From a virus (lineage: Duplodnaviria > Caudoviricetes): 44,201 nucleotides of DNA. The notes under the pieces are model-generated. The model saw only the letters and a program-made list of their open reading frames with translations. It did no database searches and was not told the DNA's origin. Where the stretch lies: IMG/VR virus record IMGVR_UViG_3300020045_005005, positions 1 to 44,201 of that record; one strand, 5' to 3'. A program made the translations under genes and the position numbers. This document shows positions 16,621-24,748 of this stretch, one piece after another (within the stretch, counting starts at the first letter, position 1; each line of letters begins with the position of its first letter).

Positions 16621-17673
16621 ATGAAAATTAATTACAGACAGTTAACATTTGCACGTGAGTATAGAGGCTATTCTCAAAGTGATTTAGCTTCTAAAATTGA
16701 CGGTTTATCACAGCCAAATTTATCAAAATACGAGAAAGGCTTTAGTACTTTATCTGATGAAATGGTTGTGAAGATTGTTGAATATTTGGGATTCCCGAAA
16801 GAATGGCTATCCCTTGATGTTTTGAATTTGCCTCAAAACGCCAATTACAGAAAAAGGGCTACTATAAACAAGAAAGTAAAAACTGAAATTGAGTATGATA
16901 ATAGAATGATTGGATTTTTAGTTGACCAATTATCTGATTCAATAGATTGGCCTGACTTTACACATATACCTTTAAATATAGAAGACGGATATACTCCAAA
17001 AGAAGTAGCAAGATTCGCAAGGAAAGCTTTAGGTTTAAAACCTTCCGAGCCTATTGTTGATGTTTTTACGCTTTTAGAAAATAAAGGGATAGTAATTATT
17101 GAAATTAATGCAAATGAGAAATTTGATGGAGTTTCTTTTTTAACCGACAAAGGCACTCCAATAATAATTGTAAATAAATCATTTCCTAATTGCAGAAAGC
17201 GCAGAACTGTTATTCACGAATACGGTCATATATTGCTCCACAATTATTTTCCAATTCCTTCTCAAAGAGGGGAGAAAGAAAAAGAATGGGAAGCTGACGA
17301 GTTTACAAATGAATTCTTAATGCCCGAGGACTTTATTATAAACTCGCTTCGAGGTCTTAGAATTGCCGATTTAGTAGAACTAAAAAAGTATTGGCTAACT
17401 TCAATAGCTTCTATTGTAAGGAGAGCGAAAGATTTAGGCTGTATTTCTGATGAAAGGTACACCTATTTTAATATTGAATTAAGCCGTAGCGGTATGAAAA
17501 AAAATGAGGGTGTAAATGTTTACATTGACCAACCAAGTTTGTTTACGGAAGCATACAAAATTCATAAAAACGAAATAGGATATAGTGATATAGATTTATG
17601 TAAGGCTTTTTTAGTGCCTAATGATACGATAGAGCGTTATTTTATCCCTAATAGATTGCGCATAGTCGCTTAA
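16621..17673 (+). CDS. XRE-HTH plus ImmA/IrrE (COG2856) zinc metallopeptidase
   Basis: AREYRGYSQSDLA...NLSKYEKG HTH; HEYGH zinc motif; EWEADEF. Confidence 0.9.
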   Translation: MKINYRQLTFAREYRGYSQSDLASKIDGLSQPNLSKYEKGFSTLSDEMVVKIVEYLGFPKEWLSLDVLNLPQNANYRKRATINKKVKTEIEYDNRMIGFLVDQLSDSIDWPDFTHIPLNIEDGYTPKEVARFARKALGLKPSEPIVDVFTLLENKGIVIIEINANEKFDGVSFLTDKGTPIIIVNKSFPNCRKRRTVIHEYGHILLHNYFPIPSQRGEKEKEWEADEFTNEFLMPEDFIINSLRGLRIADLVELKKYWLTSIASIVRRAKDLGCISDERYTYFNIELSRSGMKKNEGVNVYIDQPSLFTEAYKIHKNEIGYSDIDLCKAFLVPNDTIERYFIPNRLRIVA

Positions 17674-17834
17674 TAAAAAGCACCCTTTAAAGGGTGCTAT
17701 ATTTTATCTGAAGTTCCCACATTAGAGGAACGGACAAGCGACTGGACTTCTCATTAGAGTTGGCGAATTGCCTAACAGTCGGACAAAAAGGGACGTTACA
17801 GCGTTCCTTTTTTCATTGTATAAAAACAAAGATA
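17674..17834 (-). ncRNA. Candidate antisense/structured RNA between the ImmA gene and the transposase
   Basis: Minus promoter TATCTTTG 17827-17834; minus terminator 17674-17698; plus terminator 17785-17813; GC-rich stems. Confidence 0.45.
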
Positions 17835-17844
17835 CAACATTATT

Positions 17845-17911
17845 TTGTAAATATATCACGAAATAATTACAAAAATATTTGGTATTGTAAATATATCGCT
17901 GTATATTTACA
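17845..17911 (+). promoter_or_regulatory. Operator-like repeats over the transposase promoter
   Basis: TTGTAAATATATC at 17845 and 17885; inverted TATATTTACA at 17902. Confidence 0.55.
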
Positions 17912-17930
17912 TCATCAAATAAGAGATATT

Positions 17931-18860
17931 ATGAAAACCGCTAAAGATTTAAGAGATTTCGACAGTTTATTCCAACTTCTTGACTACTTCACAACAGAAG
18001 AAATATGCGAGCAACATTTAGCGGTTATCCGTTGGAATGGAGAGACTACTTGTCCTTATTGCGAAAGCACTAAAGTAAACGCTCTTAAAGGTAAAACACA
18101 ACGTTACAAATGTTACGGTTGTAGAAAACAGTTTGGGGTAAAAGTTGGAACTATTTTTCATAAATCTCCTTTATCTTTAAGAAAATGGTTTGTTGCAATC
18201 TATTTGGTTACTGCTCATAAAAAAGGAATTTCATCTTGTCAATTAGCTAGAGATTTGAAAATTACTCAAAAAACGGCTTGGTTTGTATTACAACGTATCA
18301 GAGAAACTTACAATGTTAAAGCTGAAAAATTCACTAATACAGTTGAGATTGACGAAACTTACATTGGTGGTAAAGAGAAAAACAAACACGCTAATAAAAG
18401 AAGTGAGGGTTCGCAAGGTGGTTCGGGTAAAACTCCCGTTCTTGGTATCTTAGAGCGTGATGGTAAAGTTTACGCTATTCCCGTTAAAAATAGACAAGCA
18501 AAAACTATCGTTCCTATTATGGTAGATACCGTAGAATCGGGTGCTACTGTTTATACTGACGAGTTCAGAGGGTATATTTCATTACAGAAAAACTACTCTC
18601 ACGATTTCGTATGCCACAAAGCAAACCAATACGTTTCGGGAAGTGTTCACACTAACGGAATTGAAAACTTTTGGTCTTTACTAAAAAGAGGTTTAGATGG
18701 AATTTATCACCAAGTAAGCGACCAACATTTACATAGATACGTGAACGAATTTACATTTAGATTTAACAATAGAAATTTATCTGAGGGAAGCAAATTTGAT
18801 GTAGCTTTGGCAAACGGAACTAATACAAGACTAGATTATAAAACCTTAATCAATGGATAA
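17931..18860 (+). CDS. IS1595-family (ISXO2-like) DDE transposase
   Basis: Zn ribbon CPYC...CYGC; VEIDETY, VYTDE, TNGIENFWS, YVNEF; ATG 17931 preferred. Confidence 0.93.
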   Translation: MKTAKDLRDFDSLFQLLDYFTTEEICEQHLAVIRWNGETTCPYCESTKVNALKGKTQRYKCYGCRKQFGVKVGTIFHKSPLSLRKWFVAIYLVTAHKKGISSCQLARDLKITQKTAWFVLQRIRETYNVKAEKFTNTVEIDETYIGGKEKNKHANKRSEGSQGGSGKTPVLGILERDGKVYAIPVKNRQAKTIVPIMVDTVESGATVYTDEFRGYISLQKNYSHDFVCHKANQYVSGSVHTNGIENFWSLLKRGLDGIYHQVSDQHLHRYVNEFTFRFNNRNLSEGSKFDVALANGTNTRLDYKTLING

Positions 18861-19005
18861 GAAAAAGAAAGATGAACATATCCCACGCCCGAAAGAGGAC
18901 GTTAAAATCGACAAAACAGAGCCAAAATTCAATGAGGCTCTTTCGTCGTTTGTGAAAGCTACAACCAAAAAGCCTAAATCAAATGACGATACAAGCACTA
19001 AGTAA
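18853..19005 (+). CDS. 50-aa basic protein coupled to the transposase
   Basis: MDKKKKDEHIPRPK...; overlaps the transposase stop. Confidence 0.5.
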   Translation: MDKKKKDEHIPRPKEDVKIDKTEPKFNEALSSFVKATTKKPKSNDDTSTK

Positions 19006-19213
19006 GCTATACACGGCTAATTTGGATAATGAAGTGGTAATGTTTGCCACGAACTTAAAAGACTTTGTAGAAAGCCTTAAAACGCTTGAGCCTAATGCAA
19101 AAGTCAGAAATTATGCTTACTATCGTCGGGAGTTTATGAAAACGTCTATGATATCATTAATTGTAAGTGATACTAAAGTTTATAATTTGCAAGAGGTGTT
19201 TAATCGAGAATAA
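18983..19213 (+). CDS. Hypothetical passenger protein
   Basis: ORF track; followed by a hairpin. Confidence 0.6.
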   Translation: MTIQALSKLYTANLDNEVVMFATNLKDFVESLKTLEPNAKVRNYAYYRREFMKTSMISLIVSDTKVYNLQEVFNRE

Positions 19214-19238
19214 AAAAAGCCCTCTAAAATTAGAGGGC
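19212..19238 (-). terminator. Intrinsic terminator (minus strand, possibly bidirectional)
   Basis: A7 then GCCCTCTAA/TTAGAGGGC. Confidence 0.65.
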
Positions 19239-19388
19239 ATATCTTGAAGTTTTAAATATTCTTGTAAGTTTTATCTTGAAATAGTATGTAATAATAAAAT
19301 TTTCTCTTGTTTCTAAATTATATTTTAGTTTAAATTCTTGTACAAAGATAAATATCTTTTTTTGTAAAAAACAAATTTTATGCCAAAA

Positions 19389-19571
19389 TTATGCTTTTAA
19401 CCATTCATCATCAGGTTTAGCGATTAATCTTGCATTGTTTATTCCCATGTCTAATGTCAAGCAAGTAGACGCTCTGTAAATCTCATTTTCTTTCTCTATA
19501 ACTAAAGCCAAGTCAGCTTTAGATTTAGCTATTAAGCATAAAGGTATTAATAATTGAAGTTTACAAATCAA
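19389..19571 (-). pseudogene. Probable 5'-truncated passenger gene
   Basis: Protein-like C-terminal part, TTG start only, at the island edge. Confidence 0.35.
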
Positions 19572-19648
19572 AATTAAGAGATAGTTATATCAATGCTAAA
19601 GACTGCACAACTGAGTACAAACCAGCTCAATTAAAATTTTAAATTCCC

Positions 19649-19696
19649 AACCACTTTAACGAGTGGTTTTTTATATTAAATAAATTTGTATATTTG
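19649..19696 (+). promoter_or_regulatory. Terminator followed by the packaging/late promoter
   Basis: AACCACTT/GAGTGGTT plus T-run; TATATTTG at 19689. Confidence 0.6.
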
Positions 19697-19715
19697 TTGT
19701 AAAGAATAATTTATT

Positions 19716-20180
19716 ATGGCTTACACGCAAGAGAAAAAAGATGAATGGTTCGATTATATCGTTTCAGAAATTGAAAGCGGTAAATCGCTTATTTCAGCAC
19801 TTAGAACAAACGGAGCGCCAAGTACTTCAACTTTCTATATTTGGCTAGAAGAAAAAGACCAAGATGGAGTTAAAACTTTAGAAGCAGAAGAAAAATCGAA
19901 AAGATACGCGTGCGCGTGCGAGGCAAGAGAGTTGATGATGCTAGATGAAATACTTACAATTGCTGACGACCAAGAGGATGATGTTATTATCGATGGAGAT
20001 AAAGAATATACAAATCACAACGTTATTCAAAGAAGTAAGGTAAGAATTGAAGCACGTCAATGGGTTTTAGGAAAATTAAGACCTGAGAAGTACGGAAACA
20101 AAGTTGACTTAACGAGTGGCGGAGAAAAAATACAAACTATCACGCCAATTTTCGGAACAAACCCGTTAGATGAAGTTTAG
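19716..20180 (+). CDS. terS: Terminase small subunit
   Basis: PSTSTFYIW, DEILTIADD, RIEARQWVLGKLRPEKYG; directly before terL. Confidence 0.85.
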   Translation: MAYTQEKKDEWFDYIVSEIESGKSLISALRTNGAPSTSTFYIWLEEKDQDGVKTLEAEEKSKRYACACEARELMMLDEILTIADDQEDDVIIDGDKEYTNHNVIQRSKVRIEARQWVLGKLRPEKYGNKVDLTSGGEKIQTITPIFGTNPLDEV

Positions 20181-20182
20181 CT

Positions 20183-21433
20183 ATGGATTTCGTATATAAG
20201 CCAACAACGGCTTTCTGGAAAATAAGTAACCTTATAAAAAACGGATTAGCTAAATTCAAAGACAACCAACAAAAAGTATTTGTTATTCAAGGCGGTCAAG
20301 GAGCAGGAAAAACCATTTCTATACTTCAAATAATTATTGATTATGTTCAAAGGAATAAATCCGAAATTACAATATGTTCTGCAGAACTTTCAAAACTTAA
20401 AGACACGGCTTTAAACGACTTTATAAAAATACTTCAAGACTACAACCTTTTCGACCAAAAAAAATACAATAAAGCAGAAACTTTATACACTTATTCTGCT
20501 GGTCATTTCGTTGAGTTTTTAGGGTTAGACAAAAAAGACGTTGGAAAAGGACGTAGACGTAAAATCGTTTATATAAACGAGGCAAACAAAACAACACTAC
20601 AACAATATACCGATATTACCGCAAGAGCCGATTTAGTTATTATCGATTATAACCCTGATGGATATTTTTACGGGCACGATTTAATTACTGATTTTAACTT
20701 TATTAATCTTACTTACTTAGATAACGAATATTTATCAAAAAATGAGATTAGAAATATATTAGCGTACTACGAAAAAGGTTATGATTCAGACGGTAATATT
20801 AAAAATCAATTTTGGGCGAATAAATGGCGTGTATATGGATTGGGTGAAGTTGGAAGCGTTGAAGGTAGAGTATTCTTAGATTGGAAACGCAACACTTATC
20901 CTGACTTCTTAAAACTACCTTTAAAATCAGTATTCGGAGTGGATTGGGGTAAAAATCATAAATTCGGAATAGTTGAATGTAAGTACGACGCTTACACAAA
21001 CACTTTTTACTGTCATCAAAGGAACTATTTTAGTGAGAATGAGTTATTAGCTAAGTTAACGCCTTTAGAACTCGCAAACATCAACAATGAGGGCGGAATA
21101 ATTATTCACACTTTTAGAAAGTTAGGCATCCCCTACGATGCTGATATAGTTTGCGATAGTGCCGTTCCTGACAATATACTCTTACTTAGGGATTACGGTT
21201 GGGAGTATGCAATAGGTATTGATAAACCTAAAGGCTCGGTTATGGCTGGTATAACCTTACTACAATCAACTAACGTTGTCTATACAGATGTAAGCGATGG
21301 AATTGACTTAGAATTTAAAAACTATTCATACGCAAATGATAGGCTTGGTGTTGTTGACGATGAAGTTATAAAAGCGTTTGACGATATTATTGATCCGATG
21401 CGCTATGTACGTCGATACGTAGAAAACAGCTAA
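20183..21433 (+). CDS. terL: Terminase large subunit (PBSX-like)
   Basis: QGGQGAGKT, YINEA, IDYNP, GVDWG, DDIIDPMRY. Confidence 0.92.
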   Translation: MDFVYKPTTAFWKISNLIKNGLAKFKDNQQKVFVIQGGQGAGKTISILQIIIDYVQRNKSEITICSAELSKLKDTALNDFIKILQDYNLFDQKKYNKAETLYTYSAGHFVEFLGLDKKDVGKGRRRKIVYINEANKTTLQQYTDITARADLVIIDYNPDGYFYGHDLITDFNFINLTYLDNEYLSKNEIRNILAYYEKGYDSDGNIKNQFWANKWRVYGLGEVGSVEGRVFLDWKRNTYPDFLKLPLKSVFGVDWGKNHKFGIVECKYDAYTNTFYCHQRNYFSENELLAKLTPLELANINNEGGIIIHTFRKLGIPYDADIVCDSAVPDNILLLRDYGWEYAIGIDKPKGSVMAGITLLQSTNVVYTDVSDGIDLEFKNYSYANDRLGVVDDEVIKAFDDIIDPMRYVRRYVENS

Positions 21434-21434
21434 C

Positions 21435-21508
21435 GTATACAAAACCTAATTATTTTGTAAACAAAACTACATTTCACTTAGTTATGTAAACAAAACTTTT
21501 TATCTTTG
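21435..21508 (+). promoter_or_regulatory. Moron promoter with three direct repeats
   Basis: GTAWACAAAAC at 21435, 21457, 21486; TATCTTTG at 21501. Confidence 0.65.
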
Positions 21509-21530
21509 TTTGAACTTAAATTTAAACATT

Positions 21531-21851
21531 ATGAAAACGAAATACATTGAAATAAACAAAGAAGCTAGAGTTAAAATTAAATACGAATCTTTTTATAATT
21601 GGTTTGAATTACAATTACAAGTCAAGCATTGGTTTTGGGGTTTTATTGATTCTCCTTATTATAAAATATATGTAAGCGAATCAGAAGAAGGAGAAAGAGA
21701 ACAATATTTCGGCTTAACTAGCGGCAACGAACATATTATTTACCCTAAAGATAAATTAGATTTTAAAAAAGTAGCTTTTAGTCTTTATGAAAAAAGATTA
21801 AAAAGCATAGCTGATAGAGAGGCACAAAAACAATTAATCAATAAACTATGA
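21531..21851 (+). CDS. Hypothetical moron protein
   Basis: ATG 21531 with AACTTAAA-type start context. Confidence 0.65.
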   Translation: MKTKYIEINKEARVKIKYESFYNWFELQLQVKHWFWGFIDSPYYKIYVSESEEGEREQYFGLTSGNEHIIYPKDKLDFKKVAFSLYEKRLKSIADREAQKQLINKL

Positions 21852-22195
21852 GACCACTAAAATACAACGAACCAACAACGCTACTTTCAAAGCGTGTTCC
21901 TACTTCAAAGAAAGCGGAATTGATTAAATTGATTGATGATTATTTGAGCAAACCGTGTAGGTGTGTAATTGAAGAGCTTTCTAATGGAGTTAAATTTGTG
22001 GTATCTAAAGATGAAAATTGCAAAGAAAACCACGTAGATGTAGAAAATATTACTGAGCTAGAAGCAATGATGAAAGATGTTAAGAATTATAATTTTACGC
22101 CTCCTAAAATAAATCATTGCAATTGCAAACTAGAGAACAATATCTTTTTCAAATCCAAAGGTTGTAAATTAAGTAAAGAAGAACATAAATTTTAA
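21848..22195 (+). CDS. Possible ribbon-helix-helix regulator with Cys-rich tail
   Basis: MRPLKYNEPTTLLSKRVP...ELIKLIDDYL; two CxC...C...H units. Confidence 0.55.
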   Translation: MRPLKYNEPTTLLSKRVPTSKKAELIKLIDDYLSKPCRCVIEELSNGVKFVVSKDENCKENHVDVENITELEAMMKDVKNYNFTPPKINHCNCKLENNIFFKSKGCKLSKEEHKF

Positions 22196-22199
22196 GAGT

Positions 22200-22427
22200 A
22201 TGGAAAATAAACTTAATTTAGAAGTTGGTAAATCTTACAAGTTAAGACTACCACGTTTTAGCAACGAGGCTAAAGCTCATATTGATTATATTTTAGAAGA
22301 CAAAGCTTATAAAGATTCGTGTTTAGTTGTGTATAGAGTTTGGCTAAAACATAAAAAATGGTGGCATAACGACATGGCTCCAATGTGGGAATTAGAAATA
22401 TACAATAAAGAGCTTATTAAAAAATAA
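22200..22427 (+). CDS. Hypothetical moron protein
   Basis: ORF track. Confidence 0.6.
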   Translation: MENKLNLEVGKSYKLRLPRFSNEAKAHIDYILEDKAYKDSCLVVYRVWLKHKKWWHNDMAPMWELEIYNKELIKK

Positions 22428-22461
22428 TCCAACAATTAATACACAATATAAATAAATTCAT

Positions 22462-22577
22462 TATATTTGTTCAAAATATTAAGCTATGTGAAGACGCATA
22501 GTACCGTTTAGAATGATAAAACAACACATTTTAAAGCTAAATGCCTTAACTGATATTAATTCGGTTAGGGCTTTTTT
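22462..22577 (+). promoter_or_regulatory. Promoter, hairpin and terminator leader before the portal gene
   Basis: TATATTTG 22462; CTATGTG/CGCATAG hairpin; GCCTTAACTGA/TCGGTTAGGGC plus T-run. Confidence 0.55.
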
Positions 22578-22585
22578 ACGTTTAT

Positions 22586-23785
22586 ATGGGATTTAATTTC
22601 AACATTGGATATAGTAGTAATTCATTACCTAACTACTTCGAAAGAGATAGTTCGGGAAATTGGTTCTATTCTATTTTAGATAGCTTTAACGGAACGAAAA
22701 GAAAGGGCTTTAAAAGCGAGCAAAACAAATTAGATACAATTTTAAGTAATCCAGCTATTTTGAAAGTTTGGTGCTTTCTAGCCGATACATATAGCCAAGT
22801 TAAGATTGACCAATATAAAAACGATGTATTAGTCGAAAAGGATTTTTTATACAGTTACAAGAAAACGCCTAACGATTGGCAAACTTGGACTGACTTATTT
22901 TGGGAGCATCGTTTTTGGTTAGCTGGAGGTAATGCTTATTTATACGTTGAAGCTAACACTTGGTATTATTTACGTCCTAGTGGTTTAGACTTCACAACAA
23001 AACAAATTAATGAATTTAGTCAAATATCGTTCAGTGGTAAGTATAAAAAAGATATTACAAGCCAAACGTTTAAATATAAAAATGAAAACGGAGTAGTTCA
23101 AGTTCTTAAATTTTCAAACTTACATATTTTTACTGATATGTCAGGCGGTGTAAGCGGTAATTGGTTAAAAGGAAACAGCCGTTTAGATGCGCTCTATCAA
23201 ATAGCAATCAATTCACAATTAGCACTACAAAGTAAAGGAACTAATTTAAAGTACACAGAAAAGTTTTTAGTTAGTGGTCAACACGATGTAAAAGATACTG
23301 CTAGTAGACCGATGGGTGATACTGAAAAAGATAGTATTGAAATGTCTTTAGAGAAAGGTCGTAAAATCAACGCTACTAAGTCAAAAGTTGATATGCAACA
23401 AATGGTATCAAATATTAAAACGCTTGCTTTAGACGAAGCCTATGAAAGCGATTTGATTAAAGTAGCGAATATGTACGGTATTCCAAAAGATGTAATCGAT
23501 ATTTTAGCTAAAGGAAGTACTTATGAAAACCAAGAGAAGTCTTTAGGTAAGTTTATAAATTATAACGAAATGCCAAAGGTTCAGCAAATGACCGATACGT
23601 ACGAGGTTATTTTAGATGAACAAGATTTAAGAGGCTCTTTTAAACACTTACCGTTTAACTCAGTATTTGAAGTTGATAAAATTAATAATCGTAAAGTTGA
23701 GTTAGAAAGTTTACAAGTGGCAGTTGCTTTGGGATTAGATGCAAAGGTAGTAGAAACTAAATTAAAGCAAATTTATGAGTATTGA
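22586..23785 (+). CDS. Portal protein
   Basis: Size, position, GNAYLY, G.SRLDAL, IKVANMYGIP, STYENQE. Confidence 0.85.
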   Translation: MGFNFNIGYSSNSLPNYFERDSSGNWFYSILDSFNGTKRKGFKSEQNKLDTILSNPAILKVWCFLADTYSQVKIDQYKNDVLVEKDFLYSYKKTPNDWQTWTDLFWEHRFWLAGGNAYLYVEANTWYYLRPSGLDFTTKQINEFSQISFSGKYKKDITSQTFKYKNENGVVQVLKFSNLHIFTDMSGGVSGNWLKGNSRLDALYQIAINSQLALQSKGTNLKYTEKFLVSGQHDVKDTASRPMGDTEKDSIEMSLEKGRKINATKSKVDMQQMVSNIKTLALDEAYESDLIKVANMYGIPKDVIDILAKGSTYENQEKSLGKFINYNEMPKVQQMTDTYEVILDEQDLRGSFKHLPFNSVFEVDKINNRKVELESLQVAVALGLDAKVVETKLKQIYEY

Positions 23786-23891
23786 TGAAATAAATAAGAT
23801 GCTAGAAGATAAAACCATTAGCGATAAGTTAAGGGCATCACTCGAAAAAAGAAAAGAAATTTTATTAAACGATAAAACCGTTTGCAAATGA
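23775..23891 (+). CDS. 38-aa hypothetical protein
   Basis: MSIDEINKMLEDK...; ATGA-coupled to the protease gene. Confidence 0.55.
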   Translation: MSIDEINKMLEDKTISDKLRASLEKRKEILLNDKTVCK

Positions 23892-24736
23892 TTTACTGTA
23901 AAGAACTAAACAAGCAATTCGATAATAAAGAAGATTTATTTAAAGCGTTATTTGATAATGAAAAAGTTATTATTGACGCTAAGAAGTCTGAAATATATAA
24001 GTCGATTGATAAAGGATTGGAAGTTATATCGCTTCAATCTGAAATACAAAAAGTATTTGATTCTGAATCTAACAAAGGATTGAAATTCGATAATGATTAT
24101 TATTATTTTGTAGTTAATAGCGCAAATATTTTAGATAGCCACGATGATATGCACGCCGATGGTAATTGGAACAAATCAGTAAAAGACCAGCAAGGGAAAT
24201 GTTATTTAGTTTTCGACCATCAATTAAAGAGAACTGAAATTATAGCAATGGCAAAAGACATCGAAATGTTAACAGCTAAAGTTCCTTTCTCATTGTTAGG
24301 TAAAAAATACGAGGGAGAAACTTATTCTTTAATTTATAAAGTTGCTAAAGACAAAATTATAAATAAAGAGGCTAAAGAATGGCTGGAGAAAGATTATGAT
24401 TTACAAGCTAGTGTAAGAATGCAGTATGTAAAAGTTGAGAGTGCTTGGAATACAAATAATAAAGATTACGCTAAACAAAAAGAAACATACGACACATATT
24501 TTCCTTTGATAGCTAATAAAGACGAAAAAGAAGAGATAAATTACTTTTGGGTGGTAAAAGAGGCAAAAAACGTAATGGAGAGTTCATTGGTTTTGTTTGG
24601 CTCGAATAGTGCTACTGGAAGAGTTGACAATAAAGAAGAGCAGTTAAATGACACTCTTGAGAATAAAAGCGAGCAGTCTAACGACACTCAAGAGGAAGTA
24701 ATTCCAACAGAAAAAAGAAAATTAAGTATCATTTAA
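23888..24736 (+). CDS. Prohead maturation protease (putative)
   Basis: Between portal and capsid; LDSHDD, DHQ, QASV, ESSLVLFGSN. Confidence 0.75.
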   Translation: MIYCKELNKQFDNKEDLFKALFDNEKVIIDAKKSEIYKSIDKGLEVISLQSEIQKVFDSESNKGLKFDNDYYYFVVNSANILDSHDDMHADGNWNKSVKDQQGKCYLVFDHQLKRTEIIAMAKDIEMLTAKVPFSLLGKKYEGETYSLIYKVAKDKIINKEAKEWLEKDYDLQASVRMQYVKVESAWNTNNKDYAKQKETYDTYFPLIANKDEKEEINYFWVVKEAKNVMESSLVLFGSNSATGRVDNKEEQLNDTLENKSEQSNDTQEEVIPTEKRKLSII

Positions 24737-24748
24737 ACATTAAAAATT

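Larger units (their letters stand above)
15542..19556 (+). mobile_element. IS1595-family transposon-like island with passenger genes (right end uncertain)
   Basis: IS1595 transposase; GGCAATTATATAC at 15542 fits the ISNwi1-type end GGnnATTAT; only a degenerate GTATTAATAATTG at 19544-19556 on the right. Confidence 0.55.

Noticed and set aside
16621-17673. XRE-ImmA protein as the phage's lysogeny repressor
   Set aside because: It lies in the IS-associated island, has no divergent cro or adjacent integrase, and fits a two-gene TA-like operon better. Co-option as a repressor cannot be excluded.
17706-17745. Hammerhead-like CTGAAG followed by a stem
   Set aside because: The CUGANGA and GAAA core is not present.
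17760-17930. N-terminal extension of the transposase ORF from TTG 17760
   Set aside because: It crosses a terminator and the promoter/operator repeats; ATG 17931 has the proper start context.
19240-19340. Mini-CRISPR array
   Set aside because: The repeats are only 5-12 nt, irregularly spaced, and there are no cas genes.
19371-19392. TGCC followed by AAAATTAT as IS right end plus target duplication
   Set aside because: Only 4 bp match the left end and the duplication is imperfect in very AT-rich DNA.
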